Below the pieces are notes generated by a model. It was not told where the DNA came from and ran no database searches. It saw nothing but the letters and a program-made list of their open reading frames with translations. This document shows positions 9,877-18,181 of a stretch of DNA of 64,000 nucleotides, piece by piece. The DNA is from Arcobacteraceae bacterium (GTDB lineage: Bacteria > Campylobacterota > Campylobacteria > Campylobacterales > Arcobacteraceae). A program made the translations under genes and the position numbers. Numbering within the stretch: position 1 is the stretch's first letter; each line of letters opens with the position of its first letter. The stretch covers positions 1,056,001-1,120,000 of the forward strand of contig OY759974.1 in assembly GCA_963662945.1 (NCBI GenBank), written 5' to 3'.

Positions 9877-10086
9877 CTATTTTCCTTTCAAATTTTCATA
9901 AACAAAGTTACTCTTTGCTTCATCTGTTTTATATTCCGTTTTTATTGATTTATCGTGAATAAATATATTAAGAAATAATAAAATAACTGCAAGTTTTATA
10001 ATGATTATTTTCCATAATGTTTTTCCAACTTTCATATTTTTAAAACCATCAATATAAAACTCTAAAATATTTCTCATATTTACCAA
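9877..10086 (-). CDS. DUF4492 small membrane protein upstream of cydA
   Basis: FYIDGFKNMKVGKTLWKIIIIKL, one TM helix. This family is typically found before cydA. Confidence 0.85.
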   Translation of the reverse strand: MVNMRNILEFYIDGFKNMKVGKTLWKIIIIKLAVILLFLNIFIHDKSIKTEYKTDEAKSNFVYENLKGK

Positions 10087-10102
10087 CTTAAATCCTTAAT
10101 TA

Positions 10103-10146
10103 TGAACATATGTCATAATGATACAACCATTTTGCACATATGTCAA
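10103..10146 (-). promoter_or_regulatory. Sigma70 promoter of DUF4492-cydAB overlapped by two palindromic boxes
   Basis: TTGACA (10141-10146), 17 nt spacer, TATCAT (10118-10123). Boxes TGAACATATGTCA at 10103-10115 and TGCACATATGTCA at 10133-10145. Confidence 0.7.
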
Positions 10147-10195
10147 GTTTTATTAAATAAAATTTAGCTAAAATTTTTATATTAAAGGAAATATT

Positions 10196-10780
10196 ATGGC
10201 AAGATTAAAAAATAAAAGAACACTAAACTTCAAACCCTTTGTGAAAAGTTATATACCCGAAGCAAAAGAGTACACTGGCATTACACATATTTTACATGAA
10301 GAGATTGAAGCTATACATTTAATGGATGTTTTAGGTTTATATCAAGAAGATGCTGCAAAAAAAATGGAAGTATCAAGAACAACATTTACAAGAATTATCA
10401 AAAATGCTAGACAAAAATTGGCCAATGGACTTATTAGTGGACATAAAATTGATATCCAAGATAGTAAAAACAATTATATTGTAGCTATTTGCAGTGATAG
10501 TCAAAGTCTATTAACTAATATATCCCCAAATGAAAAACTTATTTTATATTTCAATTGTGAAAATGATAAAGTCACTCTTATAAAAACAATGAACAATCCA
10601 GTCAATCAAGATGATCAAAAACCTGCAATAGTATTACCAAACTTATTTATGGAAAACAATGTTAATTTTTTTATAAGCTCAAAAATTGGAGAAGGATTAA
10701 AAAATAGTTTAATCTCCAAAGGTATTTATCCTATAGAAAAGAAAGAAGTTACAACAAATGATTTAATTAGTTTAATATAA
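10196..10780 (+). CDS. DUF134 HTH protein fused to a C-terminal NifB/NifX-like domain, putative regulator
   Basis: MARLK, EEIEAIHLMD..GLYQEDAAKKMEVSRTTFTRII..ARQKLA (DUF134), then VAICSD...SSKIGEG. Confidence 0.85.
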   Translation: MARLKNKRTLNFKPFVKSYIPEAKEYTGITHILHEEIEAIHLMDVLGLYQEDAAKKMEVSRTTFTRIIKNARQKLANGLISGHKIDIQDSKNNYIVAICSDSQSLLTNISPNEKLILYFNCENDKVTLIKTMNNPVNQDDQKPAIVLPNLFMENNVNFFISSKIGEGLKNSLISKGIYPIEKKEVTTNDLISLI

Positions 10781-10831
10781 TAGTATAAATACTTTTAAAG
10801 AGTATTCAACTATTTGTTTTTTTAATTCCAT

Positions 10832-10868
10832 AAAAAAAGGGGAAGATATCTAAATCTTCCCCTTTTTT
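10832..10868. terminator. Bidirectional intrinsic terminator
   Basis: AAAAAAGGGGAAGAT-loop-ATCTTCCCCTTTTTT between the convergent DUF134 gene and cco operon. Confidence 0.85.
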
Positions 10869-10888
10869 ATTTTCAATATTTTTAAATA

Positions 10889-10981
10889 TTAACCTACAAA
10901 CACTCTTGAAGAATCTAAAAATGATAACATAATAGTTACAACAGCTGTTATAGCTAATAAAATTCCAATTACTTTATCCAT
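10889..10981 (-). CDS. 30-aa single-TM protein at the end of the cco operon (not in the ORF track)
   Basis: MDKVIGILLAITAVVTIMLSFLDSSRVFVG*. Starts 2 nt after the DUF4006 stop with an AGGAG SD and ends before the terminator. Confidence 0.7.
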   Translation of the reverse strand: MDKVIGILLAITAVVTIMLSFLDSSRVFVG

Positions 10982-10983
10982 CT

Positions 10984-11223
10984 CTATTCTCCTTTATTTT
11001 TCCACATTTTATGATTTTCAGGACTATTCATTTTTAATGCATTTAAGTCTTGATTAATCTCATAAAAGTTTTCGGCATTTGCTTGCTGAGTTGTTATTGC
11101 AAAGAAAGTTAATGTACCAAGAATAGACAATAATAAAACAGTAGCTATTAACATACCTGTAATACCATGTACTAAACTAAATAAACCTCTTTCAGAGTCA
11201 TTCATTTGTGTATTTCCTGCCAT
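10984..11223 (-). CDS. DUF4006 family protein (cbb3 cluster)
   Basis: ERGLFSLVHGITGMLIATVLLLSIL, immediately after ccoP. Confidence 0.85.
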   Translation of the reverse strand: MAGNTQMNDSERGLFSLVHGITGMLIATVLLLSILGTLTFFAITTQQANAENFYEINQDLNALKMNSPENHKMWKNKGE

Positions 11224-11224
11224 A

Positions 11225-12175
11225 CTATTCTCCTATACTTCTTAAATAAGTAGCAACTGCTTTATCTTGAGTTTCAGTTAATCTTCCTTCAAAACTTGGC
11301 ATTGTACCTATCATACCTTTTTTACCATGTTTTAACACATTGATAACTAAAGTATTATCATATTGAGTAAGGTTTGGTGACATACCATCCATTCCTTTAC
11401 CATCCATTCCATGACATGAAGCACAAACACCTGCAAAAATATCTGCACCAGCACCTGCACCTTTCATACCATTTGCAACAAAGTTAGAAACAGCTTCTAT
11501 TTCTGAATCAGAAATAGGCATACCTGTATTAACATTAATTAAAGCTTCTTTAGCTGGCATAACACCCATACCATAACCTAAGTTACCTGCTGGATTTGCA
11601 CCTAAAGCTGCTGAACCTTTAGTAATAACATCTTTAACTTGCTCAACACTAATTCTTTTAGTTAAGTTATGAGCTTTACCTTGAATACCTTCACCATCAA
11701 CACCATGACAAGGAGCACATTGTACTAAGAATACAGATTGACCCATACCAGCAAGCTCTTGCTCTGTAATATTTGCCCATTTTGATTCAAATTTTGCATT
11801 GTACTCTAATGTCTCTTCATTGTACTGACCAATTTGTGAAAATTGACTTGTAGGATATCCTACAAAGAAATACCATAATTGCCAAACTAAAGTTGCAATA
11901 AATAGCATTCCCCAACCTACTGGAATGTTATTTTTGTATTCACCAATACCATCCCATTTTTCCTCAGCTAACTCACCAGTTGCTGTATCATTTTTAATTT
12001 GATTTACATACTTCAGTGCAACAAATACTGTAATACCAATAATTGCAACTCCACCAAGCATTGTAAGGTCGTTGATATAATCTTCACCTAGCGCGAATGA
12101 GTCACCTGCCATGAAGTAAGTTCCTGTCATAAGTGCTATGATAAGAATAATCCCACCTATTACCATAGATTTCAT
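11225..12175 (-). CDS. ccoP: cbb3-type cytochrome c oxidase subunit III
   Basis: WDGIGEYKNNIP and two heme c motifs, CAPCH and CASCH. Confidence 0.95.
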   Translation of the reverse strand: MKSMVIGGIILIIALMTGTYFMAGDSFALGEDYINDLTMLGGVAIIGITVFVALKYVNQIKNDTATGELAEEKWDGIGEYKNNIPVGWGMLFIATLVWQLWYFFVGYPTSQFSQIGQYNEETLEYNAKFESKWANITEQELAGMGQSVFLVQCAPCHGVDGEGIQGKAHNLTKRISVEQVKDVITKGSAALGANPAGNLGYGMGVMPAKEALINVNTGMPISDSEIEAVSNFVANGMKGAGAGADIFAGVCASCHGMDGKGMDGMSPNLTQYDNTLVINVLKHGKKGMIGTMPSFEGRLTETQDKAVATYLRSIGE

Positions 12176-12221
12176 ATTAGCAATCTCCTTTTAATTTTTT
12201 AAATTAGTCTAAAAAATACAA

Positions 12222-12452
12222 CTATTTGTTGTCTTTTTTATCCTCTGTTTTTTTTCTCTCTTCTAAAGGCTTAGATTCTATACTATCATCTAAAACAAGA
12301 TTTGAATATTTTTCAAAATCTCGGTAATTTTTATCACCTTTTCTGTTTCTTTTGTAGATAGAAAATGCATAACTATAGAATACGATACAAACAAGTGCAA
12401 GTAGTGCAAATTTTGCATATCCTTGTATTGTCAATAGTGTTTCGTATTCCAT
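12222..12452 (-). CDS. ccoQ: cbb3-type oxidase subunit CcoQ
   Basis: Small TM protein with EKYSNLVLDD, between ccoO and ccoP. Confidence 0.9.
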   Translation of the reverse strand: MEYETLLTIQGYAKFALLALVCIVFYSYAFSIYKRNRKGDKNYRDFEKYSNLVLDDSIESKPLEERKKTEDKKDNK

Positions 12453-12461
12453 ATGTGACCT

Positions 12462-13127
12462 TTATTTTAGAGAATTTAAATATGCAATTAATGCAACTAT
12501 TTCTGGAATCTCACCAGCTGCAACTGCATCTTTTACGCTTTGGTTTTTCATATCAGCAGCAATAACTTTTGCATCTTCTAATGCAGCAGCTTTTGCTTCA
12601 TCCCATGAACCTAATTTTGGCATACCTTCTTTATCATATGGAACACTAAATACATGTTTTTGTGTATTAGCATTTGCATACGCTGTAGCAACATCTGCTT
12701 TATTTGTAAACATATGAGGATACGCAGGCATGATTGAACCTGGAACAACTTCAGCAGGAGCCATCATATGGTTTTCATGCCAATCTGTTGTTCTGTAATT
12801 TCCAACTCTTTGTAAATCTGGACCTGTTCTTTTTGATCCCCATAAAAATGGTCTATCATAAGCATATTCACCAGATAGTGAGTACATACCATATCTATCA
12901 GTTTCTGATTTAAATGGTCTAATTAATTGTGAATGACAAGCATTACAACTATCTTTTATATAAACTTGTCTACCAGCTAATTCTAAAACAGAGTATGGTT
13001 TAGTATTAACTAAAGGTTGAGAAGCTTTAGCAAAATCTGGTAAAACTTCAACAAGTCCTGCAAATGCAACTGTTAAAAATAAAACTACCGTAAAGAAAAA
13101 CGGTCTTTGTTCTAACCAATGAAACAT
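12462..13127 (-). CDS. ccoO: cbb3-type oxidase subunit II
   Basis: CNACHSQLIRP, WGSKRTGPDL and SIMPAY. Confidence 0.97.
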   Translation of the reverse strand: MFHWLEQRPFFFTVVLFLTVAFAGLVEVLPDFAKASQPLVNTKPYSVLELAGRQVYIKDSCNACHSQLIRPFKSETDRYGMYSLSGEYAYDRPFLWGSKRTGPDLQRVGNYRTTDWHENHMMAPAEVVPGSIMPAYPHMFTNKADVATAYANANTQKHVFSVPYDKEGMPKLGSWDEAKAAALEDAKVIAADMKNQSVKDAVAAGEIPEIVALIAYLNSLK

Positions 13128-13142
13128 AATAACCCCCTTCTC

Positions 13143-14618
13143 TTAAGCGCCCATAGGCGATGCATTTGTAGGTTCTTTATCAAGAATTCTACCTGCAGTA
13201 GCTGTTTTATACATATTGTATGCAAACATAAAGAAACCAATTAAGTATAATAATCCACCAACTGCTCTAATTGTGTAGTAAGGGTGAAGTACTGTAACTG
13301 TATCAATAAATGAGTATAATAAAGAACCATATTCATCATATGCTCTCCACATCATACCTTGTGTAATACCTGCAATCCACATAGATGTAAAGTATAATAC
13401 AATAGCTGTTGTTTGTAACCAGAATTGTGTTTCCATTAATGACTTAGAGTAAATTTCTCTTCCGTACATTCTTGGCGCCATATGGAATAATGCTGCCATT
13501 ACCATAAATACAACCCATCCTAATACACCATCATGTACGTGTCCTGGAATCCAGTCAGTAAAGTGTGCAATAGCATTAACAGATTTAATAGCTTGGATTG
13601 GACCTTCTATTGTTGATAACATATAGAATGTAGAAGCCATAACCATAAATTTAATTAATGGAGATGATTGTAATTGACCCCACTCACCTTTCATAGTTAA
13701 AAGCATATTAATAGCAGAACCCCATGATGGTAAAATAAGTACAACTGACATTACAGAACCCATAGTTTGCATCCAATCAGGAACAGTAGAGTACACTAAG
13801 TGGTGCCCACCAGCCCATAAGTAAACAAACATTAATCCCCAGAATGCAAGAATAGAAAGTTTATAAGAATAAACATTTTGTCCAGATTCTTTTGGTAAGA
13901 AGTAATAAATCATCGCAATAATTGGTGTAGTAAATACGAATGCAACAGCATTGTGTCCAAACCACCATTGTACTAGCGCATCATTTGTACCTGCATACAT
14001 AGATATAGAGTGAATCCAACTACTTGGAGCACCGTTTGCGAATAACATTGTTGGAACTTCCATGTTGTTAAATAAATATAACATTGCAACAGCAACGAAA
14101 CATGCAATAAAGTACCATAAAGAGATATATAATGTTCTCTCTCTTCTAATACCAATTAATCCAAAAATTGAAATACCGAATAAAACCCACCAAACTACAA
14201 CTAGTAAATCTATTGGCCATTCTAATTCAGCATACTCTTTTGATGTAGTAATACCAGAAATTAGTGTTACAACAGCTAAAAGAATTGTAATGAAATATAA
14301 AGCAAAATGTAATTTTGCTACACCCATTAAAAATGGTGACTCTTTTAAAGACACCTTTAATACTCTTTGCCCGATATAGTACCAAGAAGCAAAAATACCA
14401 CTTAAAGTAAATCCATACGCTACACCATTTGTGTGTAAAGGTCTTAATCTACTGAAAGTACCATATTCTCCAGCTAAATTACTTAAGCTTGGAAATGCTA
14501 ATTGGAACGCTAGTATAACACCTACTGTCATACCAATAATACCAAACAAAATTGTTGCAAAAGTAAAAGCTTTTGTTATCGAGTAATCGTACTCAATTGG
14601 TTGTGCATTGTCTTGCAT
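13143..14618 (-). CDS. ccoN: cbb3-type oxidase subunit I
   Basis: RLRPLHTN, QWWFGHNAV, WAGGHH and GHVH. AGGAGG SD before ATG 14618. Confidence 0.98.
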   Translation of the reverse strand: MQDNAQPIEYDYSITKAFTFATILFGIIGMTVGVILAFQLAFPSLSNLAGEYGTFSRLRPLHTNGVAYGFTLSGIFASWYYIGQRVLKVSLKESPFLMGVAKLHFALYFITILLAVVTLISGITTSKEYAELEWPIDLLVVVWWVLFGISIFGLIGIRRERTLYISLWYFIACFVAVAMLYLFNNMEVPTMLFANGAPSSWIHSISMYAGTNDALVQWWFGHNAVAFVFTTPIIAMIYYFLPKESGQNVYSYKLSILAFWGLMFVYLWAGGHHLVYSTVPDWMQTMGSVMSVVLILPSWGSAINMLLTMKGEWGQLQSSPLIKFMVMASTFYMLSTIEGPIQAIKSVNAIAHFTDWIPGHVHDGVLGWVVFMVMAALFHMAPRMYGREIYSKSLMETQFWLQTTAIVLYFTSMWIAGITQGMMWRAYDEYGSLLYSFIDTVTVLHPYYTIRAVGGLLYLIGFFMFAYNMYKTATAGRILDKEPTNASPMGA

Positions 14619-14831
14619 CAATCTCCTCCTAAAGTTTAAAATAAAGTCACGAATTCGCCACTTATGATGGCATTTTAACAGATTAAAATTTAAATCAATC
14701 TGAATTAGTTAATTGTTTGTTAATTTATTTTAATTAAATTAAATATTTAATTTTTATTTAAGATATAATTTAATCTAGAATTAAGAATTGGTAATGTATA
14801 GTTCTATCATAAGTTATTTAAAGGAGATGCA

Positions 14832-15581
14832 ATGAGTAGCAAAATAACAAAAGGAATTATATCATTCTTAAGTATGGTTTTCATTATTGGTTCTGCATAT
14901 GCAGATGAAAAAAAAGTTGTAGATCCTATGCTGGCTATACCTACAGCCCAAGCACATCAAACAATTGATAAAACAATACAAGATTTGGCAAATAGGTTAT
15001 TCTCAAGCAGTAAAATATCAAAAGAAGCTATTAATGATATTGCTATCACATCTTTTGTTGATTTACACCAATTTGATAAAACTACTCATTTCGGACGAAC
15101 TTTATCAGAGGGATTTTTTGATGAACTCTTCATACGAGGATTTCATGTAAGTGATTTTAGAGGGCAAGGGACTCTTTCTATTAATAAAGAAGGAGAATAT
15201 TTTCTTACACGAGATGTAAAGTTACTTAATAAAGATGTACAAAGTGATTATGTTCTAGTAGGAACATACACTATATTTGAAAATAAAGTTTTAATCAATG
15301 CTAGAATTATGGATAATCAGAATGGAAGAATTTTAGCAAGTGCAAGAGCAAATTATATTACAAATGATTGTAATGTATTACAAAACTGTAAAAAACCTCG
15401 AATAATCAACATTGTTTCAGATGCATATAAAAAGAATAGCTCAAGAGAAAATGTAAGTGTTGTTGATAAAAAAGAGATAAGTTTAAAACAACATTTTGTA
15501 AAAAAACAATTAGATGAACAAGAAGAAGTTATGGAAGTAAAAACAAAAACACCATTTCCTCTTGTGAACCTTATTAAATAA
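14832..15581 (+). CDS. FlgO-domain exported protein (paralogue 1)
   Basis: Signal peptide ending SAYA, IAITSFVDL, FGRTLSE, GEYFLTRD, VLVGTY and INARI. Confidence 0.85.
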   Translation: MSSKITKGIISFLSMVFIIGSAYADEKKVVDPMLAIPTAQAHQTIDKTIQDLANRLFSSSKISKEAINDIAITSFVDLHQFDKTTHFGRTLSEGFFDELFIRGFHVSDFRGQGTLSINKEGEYFLTRDVKLLNKDVQSDYVLVGTYTIFENKVLINARIMDNQNGRILASARANYITNDCNVLQNCKKPRIINIVSDAYKKNSSRENVSVVDKKEISLKQHFVKKQLDEQEEVMEVKTKTPFPLVNLIK

Positions 15582-15591
15582 AGGATAAATA

Positions 15592-16797
15592 ATGTTAAAA
15601 AATATACTCAAACTAACTTCTGTTGCAATTTTATCAACAACTAGTTTAGTTGCAGACAAAGTAACTATATCAAATGATGGAACGGGCGATTTTCTTATAT
15701 CACCTTTATATATAGCAAAAGGGGATATTTGTAGCGAAGTTAAAATTTTCAATACAAATGAAACTAGTTCAATTTTAGCAAAAGTTGTATTCAGAGAAAA
15801 AATTGCTTCACACGAAGTTGATTTACCAATATTTTTGTCTCCTGGTGATGTTTGGGCTGGAAAAGTATGTGAGATAGATAATAAAATTATTTTAAAAAGT
15901 GATGATGACTCAAATCATCCAGCAGCATTAGAAACTCTTGCTAAAGGTAAAGATTTAACTGAACATAGTAAAAATGCAGGTTACAGAAATGTAGATGTTG
16001 CACGAGGATATGTAGAAATAAATGGTAAATCTTTTGAAATCAAAGAACAAGAAAAAGATAATCTTGATTTTTCAAGAGGTTATGTAGAAGTTTATCCTAT
16101 TGCACAATATTATGAAGGTAGTAGAAAAAAGGTTCCAAAGAACTTTTTAGTTGACAGATGGGATAGATTAATTGATAAAGATAAATCAAATCCAAAACTC
16201 AGTAAATTTGGTATTGATAGTTTTAGCTTAAGTGGACTAGTTTCATTTCAAACAGAAAATCAAGAAACAGCATCAATTCCTATGACTGCATTTAAAGGTG
16301 CGCATGATAAATTAGTTCTTGGAGAGGCAATTAATTACAGCAGTCAAGCAAAACCTGAAGAACTTTTAGGGAAAGATAAAGTAAAAGAAATATTGACACT
16401 TTTACAAAATGAAAGATTTTCATTTACTTATGATAATGCAGGTGATTGTCAATATATTAATATTGTTTTTCCTTTCAGCCATAAAGAGAAACAGTCAAGA
16501 AAGTTCAAATTTACTATTAGAGATATGAATGAAAATAAATATACTATGATATTTTCACCTCGATCTAATATCGTAAATGAGGTTGGATATATTCCTGTAA
16601 GTGATTTAATTAAACTTACAAGAGACACTGTTAAATATAATAAAGGAATGGTGCAAATCACAGCTTTAACAAATAATGATGAAGTACAATTAGGACAAAA
16701 TCAAACAGCATCAATTATTCCAACTATTTCAAGAATAAAACCAATAGGTGGAAAAGACATTATGATTAATGCAAGTTATTTACCAACTAGAAAATAA
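15592..16797 (+). CDS. Sec-exported 401-aa protein resembling proteobacterial cell-surface/S-layer proteins
   Basis: Signal peptide, DGTGDFLISPLY, NTN, AKVVFRE, IFLSPGDVW and RGYVEV. The family resemblance is from memory, not from a search. Confidence 0.55.
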   Translation: MLKNILKLTSVAILSTTSLVADKVTISNDGTGDFLISPLYIAKGDICSEVKIFNTNETSSILAKVVFREKIASHEVDLPIFLSPGDVWAGKVCEIDNKIILKSDDDSNHPAALETLAKGKDLTEHSKNAGYRNVDVARGYVEINGKSFEIKEQEKDNLDFSRGYVEVYPIAQYYEGSRKKVPKNFLVDRWDRLIDKDKSNPKLSKFGIDSFSLSGLVSFQTENQETASIPMTAFKGAHDKLVLGEAINYSSQAKPEELLGKDKVKEILTLLQNERFSFTYDNAGDCQYINIVFPFSHKEKQSRKFKFTIRDMNENKYTMIFSPRSNIVNEVGYIPVSDLIKLTRDTVKYNKGMVQITALTNNDEVQLGQNQTASIIPTISRIKPIGGKDIMINASYLPTRK

Positions 16798-16835
16798 CTT
16801 GCTTTAACTTTTCTTAAATAAAAAAACAATATAAT

Positions 16836-16865
16836 CTCTCAGTAAATTTATACTGAGAGGTTTTT
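16836..16865 (+). terminator. Terminator-like hairpin overlapping the SD of the next gene
   Basis: CTCTCAGTA-aattta-TACTGAGAG followed by GTTTTT and the ATG. Confidence 0.55.
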
Positions 16866-17594
16866 ATGAAATATATTCTATCAATTGCATTCGTAACTTT
16901 ATTCTTTAGTGGTTGTTTTCAAAATACACCGTTTAATAATGAACCAAAAACATACAAAGAGAAAGTTATTCAAGAGGTAAGAAGTGCGGATTATAACCAA
17001 CCTTATGCTAAAACACACAATATCTATCAAGATTTAAATGGTGCCATTGTATCTATAGGTGATCAGCTATTTACATCAAATATATTTTCAGAAAAAGAAC
17101 CAACAAGTATTATCCTAACATCATTTGTTAACCTAAATGAGCTTGAAAGAACAAGTACTTTTGGACGAGTATTAAGTGAAAGTATGTTTAATGAACTTCA
17201 TATTCGACACTTTAAAGTAACAGATTTTAGAGGTCAAGATGCAGTATCAGTAAATGCAAATGGTGAGTTTCACATAACAAGAGATGTAGATAGATTAAAA
17301 GATCATATTAGTGCAACAGAATACATAGTTGTAGGTACATATGTAAAATTTGAAAATGATAGTGTATTATTAAATGCTAGAATTTTAGATTCTGAGAATG
17401 GTGCAATTATTTCAACTGCAAGAGTTATTTATACGCCAAAAGATTGTAAGCTTTATAATCTATGTAATATAAAAGAAGCTGATATTAAACCAGCTGATTT
17501 TGGTATTAATATCGTTAAAGACAAATGTTCAGGTGATAATTGTCCAGCAAAAAAATGTAAAGATGGAATATGCGACGAATCAGCATTATATTAA
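16866..17594 (+). CDS. FlgO-domain lipoprotein (paralogue 2) with a Cys-rich tail
   Basis: Lipobox FSGC, ILTSFVNL, FGRVLSE, GEFHITRD, VVGTY and LNARI. Confidence 0.88.
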   Translation: MKYILSIAFVTLFFSGCFQNTPFNNEPKTYKEKVIQEVRSADYNQPYAKTHNIYQDLNGAIVSIGDQLFTSNIFSEKEPTSIILTSFVNLNELERTSTFGRVLSESMFNELHIRHFKVTDFRGQDAVSVNANGEFHITRDVDRLKDHISATEYIVVGTYVKFENDSVLLNARILDSENGAIISTARVIYTPKDCKLYNLCNIKEADIKPADFGINIVKDKCSGDNCPAKKCKDGICDESALY

Positions 17595-18169
17595 TACTAT
17601 CGTTTCTATTCAATGGGTGTACCCTTATTAAAGAGGGTGAAGATTCTTTTAAATTTAAGTATTTACATCTTACAACAACAACAAATTTTGATACATTAAC
17701 AAAAAATTTATTGCAACAACTTTGTCCAACAATTTCTAGTGTTAACAAAAGTAAAACTCCGCTATATGTAGTTGATTTTGTAAATTTACAAGATTTACAA
17801 AATAATTCAGAATTAGGTTTTATGTTATCGGATGAATTAAAAACACAAGTTACGCAAGTATGTAATATGCCTATTTATGCTATAGAATATTCAAAATATC
17901 TTAAAATTGGTCCAAATGGTACGAAGTTTTTATCAAGAGATTTAGATGAGTTAAATAATCAAAAAATCAATCGAAATACCTATGCGCTTGTTGGAACATA
18001 TGCATTTACACAAAGACAACTTATCTTATACCTAAAACTTATTGATTTAAATACTGGTGTTATAATAAAGTCTGCAACTCAAAAAACACTTATAACAGAT
18101 GAAATTATACATTTAGAAAAGAAAAGCAAAGCTTCTCAAAACACTATTTACGCTCCAGTAGTTCTTTAA
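17570..18169 (+). CDS. FlgO-domain lipoprotein (paralogue 3, divergent)
   Basis: Lipobox FNGC, YVVDFVNL, LGFMLSDE, FLSRD, LVGTY and LKLIDL.TG.I. Confidence 0.8.
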   Translation: MRRISIILILSFLFNGCTLIKEGEDSFKFKYLHLTTTTNFDTLTKNLLQQLCPTISSVNKSKTPLYVVDFVNLQDLQNNSELGFMLSDELKTQVTQVCNMPIYAIEYSKYLKIGPNGTKFLSRDLDELNNQKINRNTYALVGTYAFTQRQLILYLKLIDLNTGVIIKSATQKTLITDEIIHLEKKSKASQNTIYAPVVL

Positions 18170-18181
18170 AAAATTAAAGAG

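Noticed and set aside
4180-10830. Mobile element boundaries for the cydAB block
   Set aside because: I found no direct or terminal inverted repeats and no recombinase by eye.
14640-14820. Periodic TTAA-rich tract between ccoN and the FlgO cluster as a specific operator array
   Set aside because: Periodic AT-rich signals are typical of Campylobacterota sigma70 promoters, and no distinct motif could be separated from background.
14832-18169. A flagellar gene cluster
   Set aside because: Only FlgO-domain genes are present, with no flgP/flgT or other fli/flg genes. A flagellar role is not excluded but context does not support it.
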